Origin: a virus
Lineage: Duplodnaviria; Caudoviricetes
IMG/VR virus record: IMGVR_UViG_3300025267_000006
Coordinates: 41,384 to 105,383 of that record
Length of the DNA stretch: 64,000 nt
Direction: 5' to 3' (one strand)
The position numbers and the translations under genes were made by a program. Within the stretch, counting starts at the first letter, position 1; each line of letters starts with the position of its first letter. Under the pieces are notes generated by a model. That model saw nothing but the letters and a program-made list of their open reading frames with translations, did not search any database and was not told the origin of the DNA. Below are positions 1 to 9,715 of the stretch, in pieces.

Positions 1-639
1 GGAAGTCTGTTGAACACTCGTATACTTCCAGCTATGGAACCATACCAAGTTATGTATGGAGTGTTGAATGCTCTGGACTATGGAAGTCCCCAGCATCGAG
101 AACGTCTGATCTTTATAGGCAGCAGAGATGGGGAACTTCCCAATGTGCCGATAAAAGAATTTATAGTTCCTACCCACAGTGAACCTGTAACCCTAATGGA
201 TGCCATAGGTGATATTCAAAAAGATCCCGGGGAATACCAAGAGTACAGCCTAGCTAGGAAAGCTGTTTATGAATGCATCCCTGCTGGTAAGAACTGGAGA
301 TTTGTTCGTGATAGCGATCAGTTCGATAAAGACGAAGTAAAGAAAATCATGGGCGGAGCATATAACTCTTCTGGAGGACGAGTAGGATTTTGGAGAAGGC
401 TGTCTTTCGATAAGTGGTCACCAACCCTGACTACAAGCCCTATCCAAAAGGCGACAGGACTCTGTCATCCAGTACAGACCAGGCCACTCAGCATCAAAGA
501 GTATGCTCGGATTCAAGGATTCCCAGACTCTTGGGAATTCAAGGGATCATTGAACTCTCGATACAAACAAATTGGAAATGCAGTGCCAATCCCCTTGGGT
601 GAAGCCATAGGTAAATCTATAAAAGGACTAACAGGATAG
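1..639 (+). CDS. dcm: C5 cytosine DNA methyltransferase, C-terminal part (5' end outside window)
   Basis: Motif VIII (YGSPQHRERLIFIG), motif IX (RPLSIKEYARIQGFPD) and motif X (YKQIGNAVP) are present. The frame is open back to base 1. Confidence 0.93.
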   Translation, partial: GSLLNTRILPAMEPYQVMYGVLNALDYGSPQHRERLIFIGSRDGELPNVPIKEFIVPTHSEPVTLMDAIGDIQKDPGEYQEYSLARKAVYECIPAGKNWRFVRDSDQFDKDEVKKIMGGAYNSSGGRVGFWRRLSFDKWSPTLTTSPIQKATGLCHPVQTRPLSIKEYARIQGFPDSWEFKGSLNSRYKQIGNAVPIPLGEAIGKSIKGLTG

Positions 640-641
640 CA

Positions 642-1736
642 ATGGGCAGAAACGTCAACGCTCCATGGGCAGATGCTCGACTCACATTCATTAAAAATGA
701 AATTGAGAGAAATCCCCGTATTTCCCTGAACACATTAGGAGAAATGTGTGGGATATCAAGAGAACGTATACGTCAACTTCTCAAGAAAGCTGGCATTAAA
801 AAGACCCATGCACGTACCCTTCCTTACGGCTACTGCGCTGAAGGTCATCAGATACTAGAAATTCGATTGAAACTTACAGGTAACAATCGTAGTTCCAATC
901 GATGTTTCACCTGCAAACCATTGAAACCTCATCAATGGGTTGATAAAGATACAGGGCACATAAAAAGCAAGAAAAATGTATTAGAAGTTACCTGTTATGT
1001 GTGCGGTAAAACAGAAACTTATGAAGATGAAAAAGCTATTCAGCGTAAACGGTACGATTCTTATCGCAAACATCCAGACATGAAATTCTGTAGCAAAGAA
1101 TGTCTAGGAAGTGTTACAGGAAAGGTATGGGGTTGGGGCAATAGAACCGCTCCAGGAAAAAAAGACCCAACGTCAAAAAGCGAAATTATCTCCGGTCCTT
1201 GCGATTCATGTGGAAAACCTACATCACAATCAAGGGCGAAAAAACAATATATGAACGATCCTTCCATAGGCCCGTCATATAAAAATAAGCACATGTTCTG
1301 CTCTAGAACCTGTATGGCAATTTTTAGGCGTAAAGAAGCAATTAAAGTATTGGAAAATTATATAGAAACCAACACTACCCCGGTGATTAAGAGACAACCT
1401 AATGGAAATTGGGCTGGGAACTTACGAATACGTTCAATTCCCCTCTATCAAAAAGATAAGTCAGGGGGAAGAACCATCTCTTTTGTTGGTAAAACTCGTA
1501 TGGAAGTCCATGAGAAGTTGATGGCAAGGATGCGTAAAGACCTTAAATACAGAATCAAAGAATTAAAAACCTCTGCCGAGAAAGAAACCAAAGCAACCAA
1601 AGAGAAGGAGGATAAAAAAATACATGAGCAAAGTCCTGATTGGGTTAATAGTGGGTATGTCGAGCTTAACAGTCTTGGTGTTCTTTCTTCTCTATATGGA
1701 TATATCAACAAACGGTTACCGATCAGACGGAGGTAG
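642..1736 (+). CDS. Multi-domain DNA-binding protein: sigma70 region-4-like HTH, CxxC/FCS zinc fingers, integrase-arm-like domain
   Basis: SLNTLGEMCGISRERIRQLL HTH; several CxxC and FCSxxC motifs; RQPNGNW...FVGKTRMEVHEKL segment. Confidence 0.65.
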   Translation: MGRNVNAPWADARLTFIKNEIERNPRISLNTLGEMCGISRERIRQLLKKAGIKKTHARTLPYGYCAEGHQILEIRLKLTGNNRSSNRCFTCKPLKPHQWVDKDTGHIKSKKNVLEVTCYVCGKTETYEDEKAIQRKRYDSYRKHPDMKFCSKECLGSVTGKVWGWGNRTAPGKKDPTSKSEIISGPCDSCGKPTSQSRAKKQYMNDPSIGPSYKNKHMFCSRTCMAIFRRKEAIKVLENYIETNTTPVIKRQPNGNWAGNLRIRSIPLYQKDKSGGRTISFVGKTRMEVHEKLMARMRKDLKYRIKELKTSAEKETKATKEKEDKKIHEQSPDWVNSGYVELNSLGVLSSLYGYINKRLPIRRR

Positions 1737-1953
1737 AACATTGAATCTGTCTATCTCCCTTGGAGAAAAACAAATTGAGGATGGAGATGTGGTAACCGCT
1801 AAAGATGAGAACAATGATGGTAACCCCATACAGTTAGTTGCTGTATGTGAGGGCGAAAACACGAAACTTATTTCATGTACTTGGATTCCATTGGACGAGT
1901 CCAAACGTACACCAGAAGAAAAGGCACTAGCAGAAAGGGCTAACCATGAGTAA
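1624..1953 (+). CDS. Hypothetical membrane-anchored protein
   Basis: N-terminal hydrophobic helix VLIGLIVGMSSLTVLVFFLLY; its stop overlaps the next start. Confidence 0.55.
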   Translation: MSKVLIGLIVGMSSLTVLVFFLLYMDISTNGYRSDGGRTLNLSISLGEKQIEDGDVVTAKDENNDGNPIQLVAVCEGENTKLISCTWIPLDESKRTPEEKALAERANHE

Positions 1954-2284
1954 TGAATATGTATCATGCGATACCTGTGAGAAAGGTCATTCTTTTGAGG
2001 TTGTCATAACGTCTGAGGACAAGGAAGAAATTAAAGGTTTAATAAATTATGTGTACAGCATAGCCCCATGCATGAATGCAGGACCAGATAATGTTCGTGG
2101 GGGCATCACATTCGGAAAAATCAAAGAACGATGTAATCATGGATACGCTGAAGACTGCACACTATGCGTGGGTATCACTCACTTTAGCCGTGGATGCACT
2201 CTGGAGGTTTGTTACTGCCTACGTACACAAAAAGAACAAACATTAGCGGCTAGTGTTTGGAAACAAAATCCCTTATGGACATAA
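1946..2284 (+). CDS. Cys-rich hypothetical protein
   Basis: ORF in a tightly packed + strand run; several CxxC/CxC motifs. Confidence 0.55.
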   Translation: MSNEYVSCDTCEKGHSFEVVITSEDKEEIKGLINYVYSIAPCMNAGPDNVRGGITFGKIKERCNHGYAEDCTLCVGITHFSRGCTLEVCYCLRTQKEQTLAASVWKQNPLWT

Positions 2285-2292
2285 AGAGCAGA

Positions 2293-2385
2293 ATGATGTC
2301 CGCACCTTACATGTGTCCAAAATGCGCTCGACCTTTCTATGATCCAACACGACGCTGCTGTGATGTTGAAGTTGTAAAAGCGTAA
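2293..2385 (+). CDS. 30-aa Cys-rich microprotein (not in ORF track)
   Basis: MMSAPYMCPKCARPFYDPTRRCCDVEVVKA*; fills the gap between genes and its TAA overlaps the ATG at 2385 (TAATG). Confidence 0.5.
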   Translation: MMSAPYMCPKCARPFYDPTRRCCDVEVVKA

Positions 2386-2567
2386 TGATTACTCAAACAA
2401 TTCCAGGTACATGGTCTGTTCATGAACCAGATCAGCCCCCAGTAGAGGGTATAGCTGTATGGAAATATAAATGGGGATGGAAGTGTGAGAGGTGTGGCCC
2501 CAGTCCAGCTACAACCACCAAACCAGAATGTGAACACATAACAAAGGTAAAACAATTAGGTGCTTGA
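2385..2567 (+). CDS. Small SWIM-like zinc-finger protein
   Basis: WKCERC...ECEHI pattern; start coupled to the upstream stop. Confidence 0.5.
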   Translation: MITQTIPGTWSVHEPDQPPVEGIAVWKYKWGWKCERCGPSPATTTKPECEHITKVKQLGA

Positions 2568-2592
2568 CAGATGTATATTATTGTGATAATAT
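2564..2592 (+). promoter_or_regulatory. Sigma70-type promoter
   Basis: GTGC-TTGACA, 17 nt, TAATAT in an AT-rich gap before the ATG at 2646. Confidence 0.6.
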
Positions 2593-2645
2593 TAATTATG
2601 TGGAACTAGGTCAAGGAAGAAAAGGCGAAGGAGAAGAAAAGGCTA

Positions 2646-4097
2646 ATGAAGAATAGATTTGAAGTAAGCACCGAGGGAATGAGGGACTTGCATGCTGGGA
2701 GACCTCTATGGTCTCTAGTCAAAGAACTCGTAGCCAACTCCTGGGACGAGGACGTTACTCTCTGTACGGTAACCCTGAGAAAAACCAGTACCCCGGATCA
2801 CGATGAAGCCATAGAGATCATGGTCGAAGACGATGGGGCTGGCTTCAGAGATATCGATGATGCGTTCACCATCATGGCTCCCACCATCAAACGACTCAAT
2901 GCAGTCGTTCGTGGGCGTTTTAACATTGGAGAGAAAGAAATTCTTTCGGTAGCGGAAGAAGGTACGGTTGAGACTGTCGGAACCACCATCCACTTTCCCA
3001 AAGAAGGTGGCAGAGAAGTCACTCCCAACAATCGAACAAAGGGAACAATAGTCTCAGCTACCATTGAACGCCCCTGGTCTGAGTATGACGAGACTATTGA
3101 AGCTCTACGTACATTCCTACCACCGAACAACATTACGTACACCGTGAATGGCATAAAGGCGGAGTCCAGAGTATCTATAGGAACTACCGCTGGATCGCTT
3201 CAGACGGTGCTTGCCTCTGGAATAGGGCAACCTATCAGGTATACCACCAGAAAGACCCCTATAGACATCTACGAGCCTCTAAACGGCACTGGTCATATCT
3301 ATGAGATGGGCATCACCATTCAGCCGATTGACATGCCCTACGATGTAGATATCCAGCAAAAAGTCCCTATGCCCCCGAACAGAGACACGGTCACGAATGC
3401 ATATCTCCAAGATGTCTATGCAGAGGTATTGGCTGTTGTGGCAAAAGACCTTGAGAAATCAGAAGCGTCAGAAGCCTGGGTTCAGATGGGAGTAGAGGAT
3501 CAACGCACCCCGGACGATACAGTCGAATTGGTAATGAATGCCAAGATCGGACCCAATGCGGTCTTACATTCGACTGACACGTTTGCTAATGAGAAAGCAC
3601 ATGATGCCGGAAAAGACATCATTCACCCACGCACCCTATCCAAGAAGGAAAGGCAACGATTCCAGGATGTGGGGCTGGTTTCATCCATAGTAAATTATGG
3701 ATTGAAAGAGAAGGGTGGTGGCTTGGAAGAAGTTCCAGAACCCCGAAGAACTGATGACATGGAAGCAGTAGCCCAATATGCCGAATGGATGGGTAGAAAA
3801 CTTCTGGGGTTTGATATCACCGTTAGATTCGTTCAAATGAAAGCAGTGGCTGACAATCGTATTGCTCAGTACGGTGCTCGAACACTAGATTTCGTATCGA
3901 ATCGTTTAGGAAATAAATGGTTTGAAATGGATAATGGAATTCCAACCCAAGAACAAACTTCTTTGATACTCCATGAATTGGCTCATGAGGGCCATAGCAA
4001 GACTCCCCATACTGGTCAATACAATCACAATCTGGCTGACTTGGGGGCCAAAGCTACACACATGGCTATTACTGGAGAATGGTGGGCTAAGGGCTAA
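2646..4097 (+). CDS. GHKL (HATPase_c) ATPase with C-terminal zincin-like HExxH domain
   Basis: KELVANSWD (N box), VEDDGAGF (G1), RGRFNIGEK (G2), GT box; C-terminal LILHELAHEGH...H. Confidence 0.8.
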   Translation: MKNRFEVSTEGMRDLHAGRPLWSLVKELVANSWDEDVTLCTVTLRKTSTPDHDEAIEIMVEDDGAGFRDIDDAFTIMAPTIKRLNAVVRGRFNIGEKEILSVAEEGTVETVGTTIHFPKEGGREVTPNNRTKGTIVSATIERPWSEYDETIEALRTFLPPNNITYTVNGIKAESRVSIGTTAGSLQTVLASGIGQPIRYTTRKTPIDIYEPLNGTGHIYEMGITIQPIDMPYDVDIQQKVPMPPNRDTVTNAYLQDVYAEVLAVVAKDLEKSEASEAWVQMGVEDQRTPDDTVELVMNAKIGPNAVLHSTDTFANEKAHDAGKDIIHPRTLSKKERQRFQDVGLVSSIVNYGLKEKGGGLEEVPEPRRTDDMEAVAQYAEWMGRKLLGFDITVRFVQMKAVADNRIAQYGARTLDFVSNRLGNKWFEMDNGIPTQEQTSLILHELAHEGHSKTPHTGQYNHNLADLGAKATHMAITGEWWAKG

Positions 4098-4100
4098 CCA

Positions 4101-4793
4101 ATGATTAAAGAATTCAACCTAAAGTTTCGCATCGAACTACAGTGGCCCTTCACGTTTAAAAAGACTGATGAAGAGGATCAGCCCCACATCCCCGGGGTGT
4201 CGGAGATACAAGTATCTTCAACACATCATGGAGTGTCCACCACCCAACAAATAAAAATTGACCCTGATGGAGTTAGACTTACTAAACAAAGTGGCTATAC
4301 CAAGCCCGACAAACGATACAGGGGATATTGGGAGAACAAAGAAGCAACTGAATCAGGCAATCGTCCTGTTAGCAAGAGACCCCACGAGCACAGGGTCTAC
4401 CGAAAAGGTACTAATTACTACAAGACCATAGAGCTAACCCATGAAGGGCTAACTGAGGCACAAATAGCCCAGAAATTAAATATATCCCGTTCACGAGTTA
4501 GCCAATTATGGTCCGACTACACAAAAATCTCATCAACACCCAAAACTCGGAGGCCATCTTCGCTACCGAAAAGTACCTCTCAACCAAAACAAAAACGATA
4601 CACTAAAACTCGTTACGATAAAAAGTTCAGGATTGAGGCGGTTTCACAAGCCTTAGATACCTCTAGGACGGAGGTATGTAAGCTCTATAACTTGCCCGAA
4701 TCCACTCTGCGACATTGGATTGCGGGAACCCGTAGTCGTATCTACGAATCGAGTGAGCCATCACGTCGTTCTCAACCTCCCGGAACAGAATAA
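4101..4793 (+). CDS. Protein with two HTH motifs
   Basis: GLTEAQIAQKLNISRSRVSQLW, plus a transposase-like HTH (YDKKFRIEAV...EVCKLYNLPESTLRHW). Confidence 0.65.
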   Translation: MIKEFNLKFRIELQWPFTFKKTDEEDQPHIPGVSEIQVSSTHHGVSTTQQIKIDPDGVRLTKQSGYTKPDKRYRGYWENKEATESGNRPVSKRPHEHRVYRKGTNYYKTIELTHEGLTEAQIAQKLNISRSRVSQLWSDYTKISSTPKTRRPSSLPKSTSQPKQKRYTKTRYDKKFRIEAVSQALDTSRTEVCKLYNLPESTLRHWIAGTRSRIYESSEPSRRSQPPGTE

Positions 4794-5033
4794 AGAATAG
4801 GCTTATGAAACTAATAGGTAAATACAAAATAGGTAAGCTGCGACTCAGATGGCACTTTGATTTCCAGGCTAGTACCAGTAGACGAGACATCCTTATGAAC
4901 AGTGAATGTGGATGTGGAAGATGCAATAGAAAAAATGAAGAACCTAGACACAGCAATACACATGCAGTGCTTGACACATTTAGAATAATAGTAAATAATG
5001 TAAATAAGAAAAGGTTAGAGAGGTATAAAAACA

Positions 5034-5342
5034 ATGTTCGCAGCTATATTTTGGATAGGTATAGTAGTCTTCCTGATAGGAAGATGGATAAAAAGCAACT
5101 ACGACGAAAGTCCCGGTAGTAAGAACTGGTTATATGGTATAGACGGTAAAGTCTCTGGAATCGAAGAGGAGATGTCGGCTATGCAGTATATGCATAACCT
5201 CTCAAGTGACTCTAAAGATCGCATCGAACGTGTGGAGCGAGACTTAGAGAGGATGAACGCAATCATCAACATGTACAAAGAATGGGCAAACATTCACAAA
5301 GAGGAGCATAAGAATTTCGAATGGACAAAAGCAATAAGATAA
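5034..5342 (+). CDS. Membrane-anchored coiled-coil protein
   Basis: N-terminal TM helix followed by a heptad-like region. Confidence 0.55.
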   Translation: MFAAIFWIGIVVFLIGRWIKSNYDESPGSKNWLYGIDGKVSGIEEEMSAMQYMHNLSSDSKDRIERVERDLERMNAIINMYKEWANIHKEEHKNFEWTKAIR

Positions 5343-5602
5343 TTCAATTGAACCTCCCAAGTATTCCGGGGGACACACATGAAAATCAAATAAAAGAGGT
5401 TGTTGATTACATTATCGACAATGCTCCACCAGAAGCACTAGTTAACTTCTCAAAACAATTTCTAGCAGAAACATTTAGGCAGGATCCAGATAAATTTCAA
5501 GAACACTACAAAGTATATCGTGAATATATAGATAGTAATAAACAAGGCTATGGGCAGTTAATAGATTTTGCTATGAATAAAGGAGCCGATAAATGTCCGT
5601 AA
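5321..5602 (+). CDS. Hypothetical protein
   Basis: Overlapping, operon-like packing with neighbours. Confidence 0.55.
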   Translation: MDKSNKIIQLNLPSIPGDTHENQIKEVVDYIIDNAPPEALVNFSKQFLAETFRQDPDKFQEHYKVYREYIDSNKQGYGQLIDFAMNKGADKCP

Positions 5603-5889
5603 GAGTAAGAACTAAACAGGTAAGGGATGCGGTAAAAGATTTAACTTACGTCGTTGGGTACATAGAAGAGTGGAAAGGGGAGGAACATATAAGACCTATT
5701 GGTACACACCAACAGAGGTATCAACTTATAGAGCTATTAACGAAGTTTGCATTGGACAAACTTGAAGGTGAATTAATCAGGCAAGGAGAAAATAATGCAG
5801 CAATCAGTGAAGACGATGAACAGCGTGTCGGACAAACTCAAAGTATCGATAATAACTCGGAAGAAGACCCACCCCAAGAAAACTCTTGA
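5593..5889 (+). CDS. Hypothetical protein
   Basis: AGGAG upstream of the start; operon packing. Confidence 0.5.
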   Translation: MSVRVRTKQVRDAVKDLTYVVGYIEEWKGEEHIRPIGTHQQRYQLIELLTKFALDKLEGELIRQGENNAAISEDDEQRVGQTQSIDNNSEEDPPQENS

Positions 5890-6277
5890 ATCCATAGGGG
5901 AAGAAACTGGAGTTAGTCGAGAGTATGTTCGCCAGGTTTTACAAGAAGCGGGGGTAGAGTCAGGTAAGGTACAGCCTTCATGCCATGAATGCGGTACATT
6001 TCTCTATCCCAGTAAGGTTAGACCTTACGTTGATTTAAAAACTGGTCATAGATACTGCCGAACATGCAGGTACGGCATGGTATGGGGAACCTACTCATGC
6101 AAGAACTGTAAGAAAGACGTTATCAGGCGGAAGAGAGATATCCTCCGGGCCAATCCTAAATACGTCTTCTGCGATAAAACTTGCCAGGGTCAGTACATAG
6201 GAAAGAATTACGGTAAAGGGTCTACTAGAAAAGCCTATAGAACTGCTCTGAAAGACCACAAAGATAATAAGAATTGA
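5795..6277 (+). CDS. Sigma70 region-4-like HTH plus zinc-finger protein
   Basis: TLESIGEETGVSREYVRQVL; CxxC pairs; FCDKTCQG. The start may be downstream. Confidence 0.7.
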   Translation: MQQSVKTMNSVSDKLKVSIITRKKTHPKKTLESIGEETGVSREYVRQVLQEAGVESGKVQPSCHECGTFLYPSKVRPYVDLKTGHRYCRTCRYGMVWGTYSCKNCKKDVIRRKRDILRANPKYVFCDKTCQGQYIGKNYGKGSTRKAYRTALKDHKDNKN

Positions 6278-7014
6278 CTACTAGAGAATATCCCAAAGGT
6301 CCGACTGCGGATGATTTCACATCGGATCATTCTGATGTCAAGTTGGTAAAAGAACTAGAAGACAGTCTCATCAACAGTGAAGATATGGAATTCGGGCCAA
6401 TGGTGGATCATCCATTGGTTCGCCATATGGTCTACACCCCAGCCCAAAACCTATATCTAAATAAATTGTTCAAAAGTAAACAGGAAAAACTCAAAGAACT
6501 CATACAGAATAAGAAATGGGATGGAGTTGTATGGCTTCATGAACGATCTTGGAGAGCGTGGGCCTTTGCTCAATTTGCTCCATATATGAAACCAGTTGAA
6601 TACTGGAAGAACCTGTCTGGTATCTGGATAGATACAGAATTTCCCCATGTACACAAAGACATGTGGTTAGATTTGTTCAGTGCCAACGTCAAACAAAAAC
6701 GTAAATTGATGTCTTCTAAAGAAAGACAGGTGATTCAAGACTTACCCAAAAAGGCAACTATCTATAGAGGCTACGACGACGATATTAAAAATAACTTGAT
6801 GGGTATTAGCTGGACTCTCTCAGAAGAAAAAGCAGACTGGTTTGCTACTAGGTTCAAAATTGAGACGGCCCCAAGAGTAGCAGAGGGTCAATGCGAAAAA
6901 TCCTCTATCCTGGCCTATTTCGATGATCGTGGAGAGCAAGAGATTGTCATCAATCCAATAGACATAAACATCACAGACAACAGACCAGCACGAGGAGTGC
7001 TTGACACGAATTAA
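6274..7014 (+). CDS. ADP-ribosyltransferase-like protein (R-S-E type)
   Basis: TIYRG ... ISWTLS ... GEQEIVI gives the R, S and ExE catalytic pattern. Confidence 0.6.
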   Translation: MTTREYPKGPTADDFTSDHSDVKLVKELEDSLINSEDMEFGPMVDHPLVRHMVYTPAQNLYLNKLFKSKQEKLKELIQNKKWDGVVWLHERSWRAWAFAQFAPYMKPVEYWKNLSGIWIDTEFPHVHKDMWLDLFSANVKQKRKLMSSKERQVIQDLPKKATIYRGYDDDIKNNLMGISWTLSEEKADWFATRFKIETAPRVAEGQCEKSSILAYFDDRGEQEIVINPIDINITDNRPARGVLDTN

Positions 7015-7029
7015 GAATTCCTATATGAT
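7001..7029 (+). promoter_or_regulatory. Sigma70-type promoter
   Basis: GTGC-TTGACA, 17 nt, TATGAT. Confidence 0.75.
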
Positions 7030-7058
7030 AAAAATATCAAAGAGAAAGGGAAGCCCTC

Positions 7059-7406
7059 ATGGTCGATACGTTGGATGCAATCGAAGAGGAGTTGCTCGTA
7101 GACCAGATCTATGAACAACTAGGCTGCAAGGAGCCTCAAACTAAAGAAATAATAAAACAGTTCCTGTCAGATATTCAGCTATTCGATAAGAAGCAGAGAG
7201 ACTACGGCCCTCATAACATCAACAAATTCGGCACTTTGGGAGTCCTTATCCGTTCCAGTGACAAGATAGAGAGGTTGATAAACCTCCAAGGAAAGTCCAC
7301 TTCTATTCCTAGCAACACCGATGAGAGTGTGATTGATAGTTGGGCCGACCTGTCAGTCTATGGAGCTATAGCCAGAACAATAGATGAAGGAAAATGGGAT
7401 GTCTAG
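7059..7406 (+). CDS. DUF1599 / nucleotide-modification-associated domain 1 protein
   Basis: KKQRDYG...GVLIRSSDKIERLINL...ESVIDSWADLSVYG signature. Confidence 0.8.
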   Translation: MVDTLDAIEEELLVDQIYEQLGCKEPQTKEIIKQFLSDIQLFDKKQRDYGPHNINKFGTLGVLIRSSDKIERLINLQGKSTSIPSNTDESVIDSWADLSVYGAIARTIDEGKWDV

Positions 7407-9354
7407 AAAAGAAAAATTCCTTGCCAAGAACGCAAGACGTATAAAAGAGATGGAACGTCAGACTCTGGCATTGGAAAAAAGAGCATTACAGAATCAAGGG
7501 CTGAAATCCGAAGGTGATGTCAACGAGAGCAGTCTAGAGGAACTAGGAATAACAGACGTAGAGCAAGGCTCCCTAGAAATTTCCCCTGGCAATAAGATAG
7601 TTAAATATATAAATAAAGAAGGCGTGTCTGAAACTTTAGACATAGAACAAGTTAACGTGATGCATCCCGATTCCGATGAGTGGAAAGCATATGTAGCTGC
7701 AGGGGGAAACCCAGATATTCCAAAAGGCCAAGTGCCAATACAAATAGTTACTAAGGACACTAATCTCAGACACACCATAAACCCGTCAGATTTCGGTTTC
7801 ACTGCTAAAGATATAGAAGCTCTTGAGAAGGCTGGAGCACAGCTTGAGGCTGCTCAGAACAACAACGTAAAGACTAGGGATATCCCACACAATGAAATGC
7901 ACGATAAAATGCTGCCTATCATTATAAATGATATCCATCCAGACTCACGGAAAGTTATGTCTGCTGAGGAAGCTCTAACCCATTTAGATGTACAAGAAAC
8001 AGACTCTTTTAGGGATTCCCCAGAAGTGCAATCTACACTTATGAGCGAGAAACTATTCAATCAGGCAAAAGATAGAATCAAACACGCTGCCTCTATCGAT
8101 CCGAATGAAGAAATCTTAATAAAATATGGATCGTCCAAATATTCCAGTCTGGCAGAATATTCCGGTCTGACAGCATCTGATATCTCGCCAGGTATAGACA
8201 ACAAAGAATTAAACTTTGTATACGACCTGATTGCAGATACAACTACTCGAAGAATACGATTTGATCAGCTTAATTACCCAGTGTGGGAAGGACATGACAC
8301 CCATCCCACACGAAATGAGGGGTTCATAACCAAACCTCCATTTCCTAACATGTACATCCAATTCGACGGTTTCGTAAACTTGCCCCCTATGGCAAGTGAG
8401 CATTTCTTACTTGGATCAGAGTTGTATAGACCTGATATGTTCCACGAGTTAATTGAACAGAGACAAAAATTAGATGGAGTACCTATAACCAGAGAAATTT
8501 CTATATCCATTGGGGCAATGGCCTTCAGAGATGAGATACAGCATCTTCTGATAAGTAAGAATTCCAATGGAACTGCACGAACCGTTCTTCCTCAAGAGGG
8601 AAAGACATGGAAGATAACACCCCCTCAAGGGACAACTCCCAATTACGATGGGTACTCCTCAGGAACAAACGATTCAATCATGTTGGGATACCTGCAATGG
8701 TTTGGACTTCTAATGGATTCAAACCATCAAGGACTGGCAAAGATTAATCAAGGGGCATACTTCGATATAAATACAGGAGCTATCTGGCTCCCCCTCACTA
8801 AAATCACTGGGGGACAATCTGAAGAAGTGATCCACGCCTCAAACGTATTTCAAGTAGAAAAAAACAGGATGTCTACCCATCTAATTCCTGCCGGGAGTGG
8901 AATAGAGTCCTCTGTCCTGTCTGAAGGTTGGGGTTCTGATAGAAAGCTGAACATTCTTGAAGATACCACAATGAGGGTTGGAGACATATTCATGTTCATG
9001 ATGAACTACATGACCTCCCCTCGCATGCAGACAGAGGAAGTTCAAGTCAACCGGGGCGAACGTCGCAGGGCACAGAAGCAGGGATTACCACCCCCACCCC
9101 CCTGGACTACTATCTCGTACAAGCCCCCGTCCAGCATAAAACGAAATTCAGTGGCTACTGGAACTGGCTCCAAGCACAGCTACATGTACGACGTGCGAGG
9201 TCACTGGAAGAATCAACCGCATGGTCCAGGAAGGGAACAGCGAAAACTTATCTGGGTTCATCCCCACTATAGTGGGCTAGCCAACGAAAAATACGTACCT
9301 AGACATAGACTAGTGCAGGAAAAAGCTGAGTATGAAGACATTAAAATTTCTTGA
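7384..9354 (+). CDS. Large hypothetical phage protein with C-terminal VRGHW motif
   Basis: 656 aa; ends in VRGHWKNQPHGPGREQRKLIWVHPHYSG, a motif recurrent in phage proteins of unknown function. Confidence 0.7.
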   Translation: MKENGMSRKEKFLAKNARRIKEMERQTLALEKRALQNQGLKSEGDVNESSLEELGITDVEQGSLEISPGNKIVKYINKEGVSETLDIEQVNVMHPDSDEWKAYVAAGGNPDIPKGQVPIQIVTKDTNLRHTINPSDFGFTAKDIEALEKAGAQLEAAQNNNVKTRDIPHNEMHDKMLPIIINDIHPDSRKVMSAEEALTHLDVQETDSFRDSPEVQSTLMSEKLFNQAKDRIKHAASIDPNEEILIKYGSSKYSSLAEYSGLTASDISPGIDNKELNFVYDLIADTTTRRIRFDQLNYPVWEGHDTHPTRNEGFITKPPFPNMYIQFDGFVNLPPMASEHFLLGSELYRPDMFHELIEQRQKLDGVPITREISISIGAMAFRDEIQHLLISKNSNGTARTVLPQEGKTWKITPPQGTTPNYDGYSSGTNDSIMLGYLQWFGLLMDSNHQGLAKINQGAYFDINTGAIWLPLTKITGGQSEEVIHASNVFQVEKNRMSTHLIPAGSGIESSVLSEGWGSDRKLNILEDTTMRVGDIFMFMMNYMTSPRMQTEEVQVNRGERRRAQKQGLPPPPPWTTISYKPPSSIKRNSVATGTGSKHSYMYDVRGHWKNQPHGPGREQRKLIWVHPHYSGLANEKYVPRHRLVQEKAEYEDIKIS

Positions 9355-9715
9355 AAAAATTGACCTTGTATCTCCAGTAAAGATACGGATAGGAGTAGAA
9401 ATGAACCCCGAAGACAAAATCACATTTAGACCTAGAAACACGGGGATCCCTCACCCGATTGACTGTCCTGCGGACCAACATCAAGTCGCTGGTATAGAAG
9501 CTCCCCCTGAGCCTGACGTTCGTAAAGAACTACCCTCCAAGGAAGACCAGGGTATGTTCGAAGAACTCTTAGTGCAGCAAAGGGATGCGTTGAAAAGAAC
9601 CGTAGAAGATCTAGGGGCGGTCATAACCGTATACAAAGCAAGAATAACCGAACATGAAGAGATGATCCAAGAAGCTAAGCGAAAATTGGAACACATTGAT
9701 GGACTTATTGAATAG
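9332..9715 (+). CDS. Hypothetical coiled-coil protein
   Basis: C-terminal heptad pattern; operon packing. Confidence 0.55.
   Translation: MKTLKFLEKIDLVSPVKIRIGVEMNPEDKITFRPRNTGIPHPIDCPADQHQVAGIEAPPEPDVRKELPSKEDQGMFEELLVQQRDALKRTVEDLGAVITVYKARITEHEEMIQEAKRKLEHIDGLIE

Noticed and set aside
4805-5119. 104-aa ORF
   Set aside because: It overlaps the next gene and contains a promoter-like element. It may be real but I cannot support a call.
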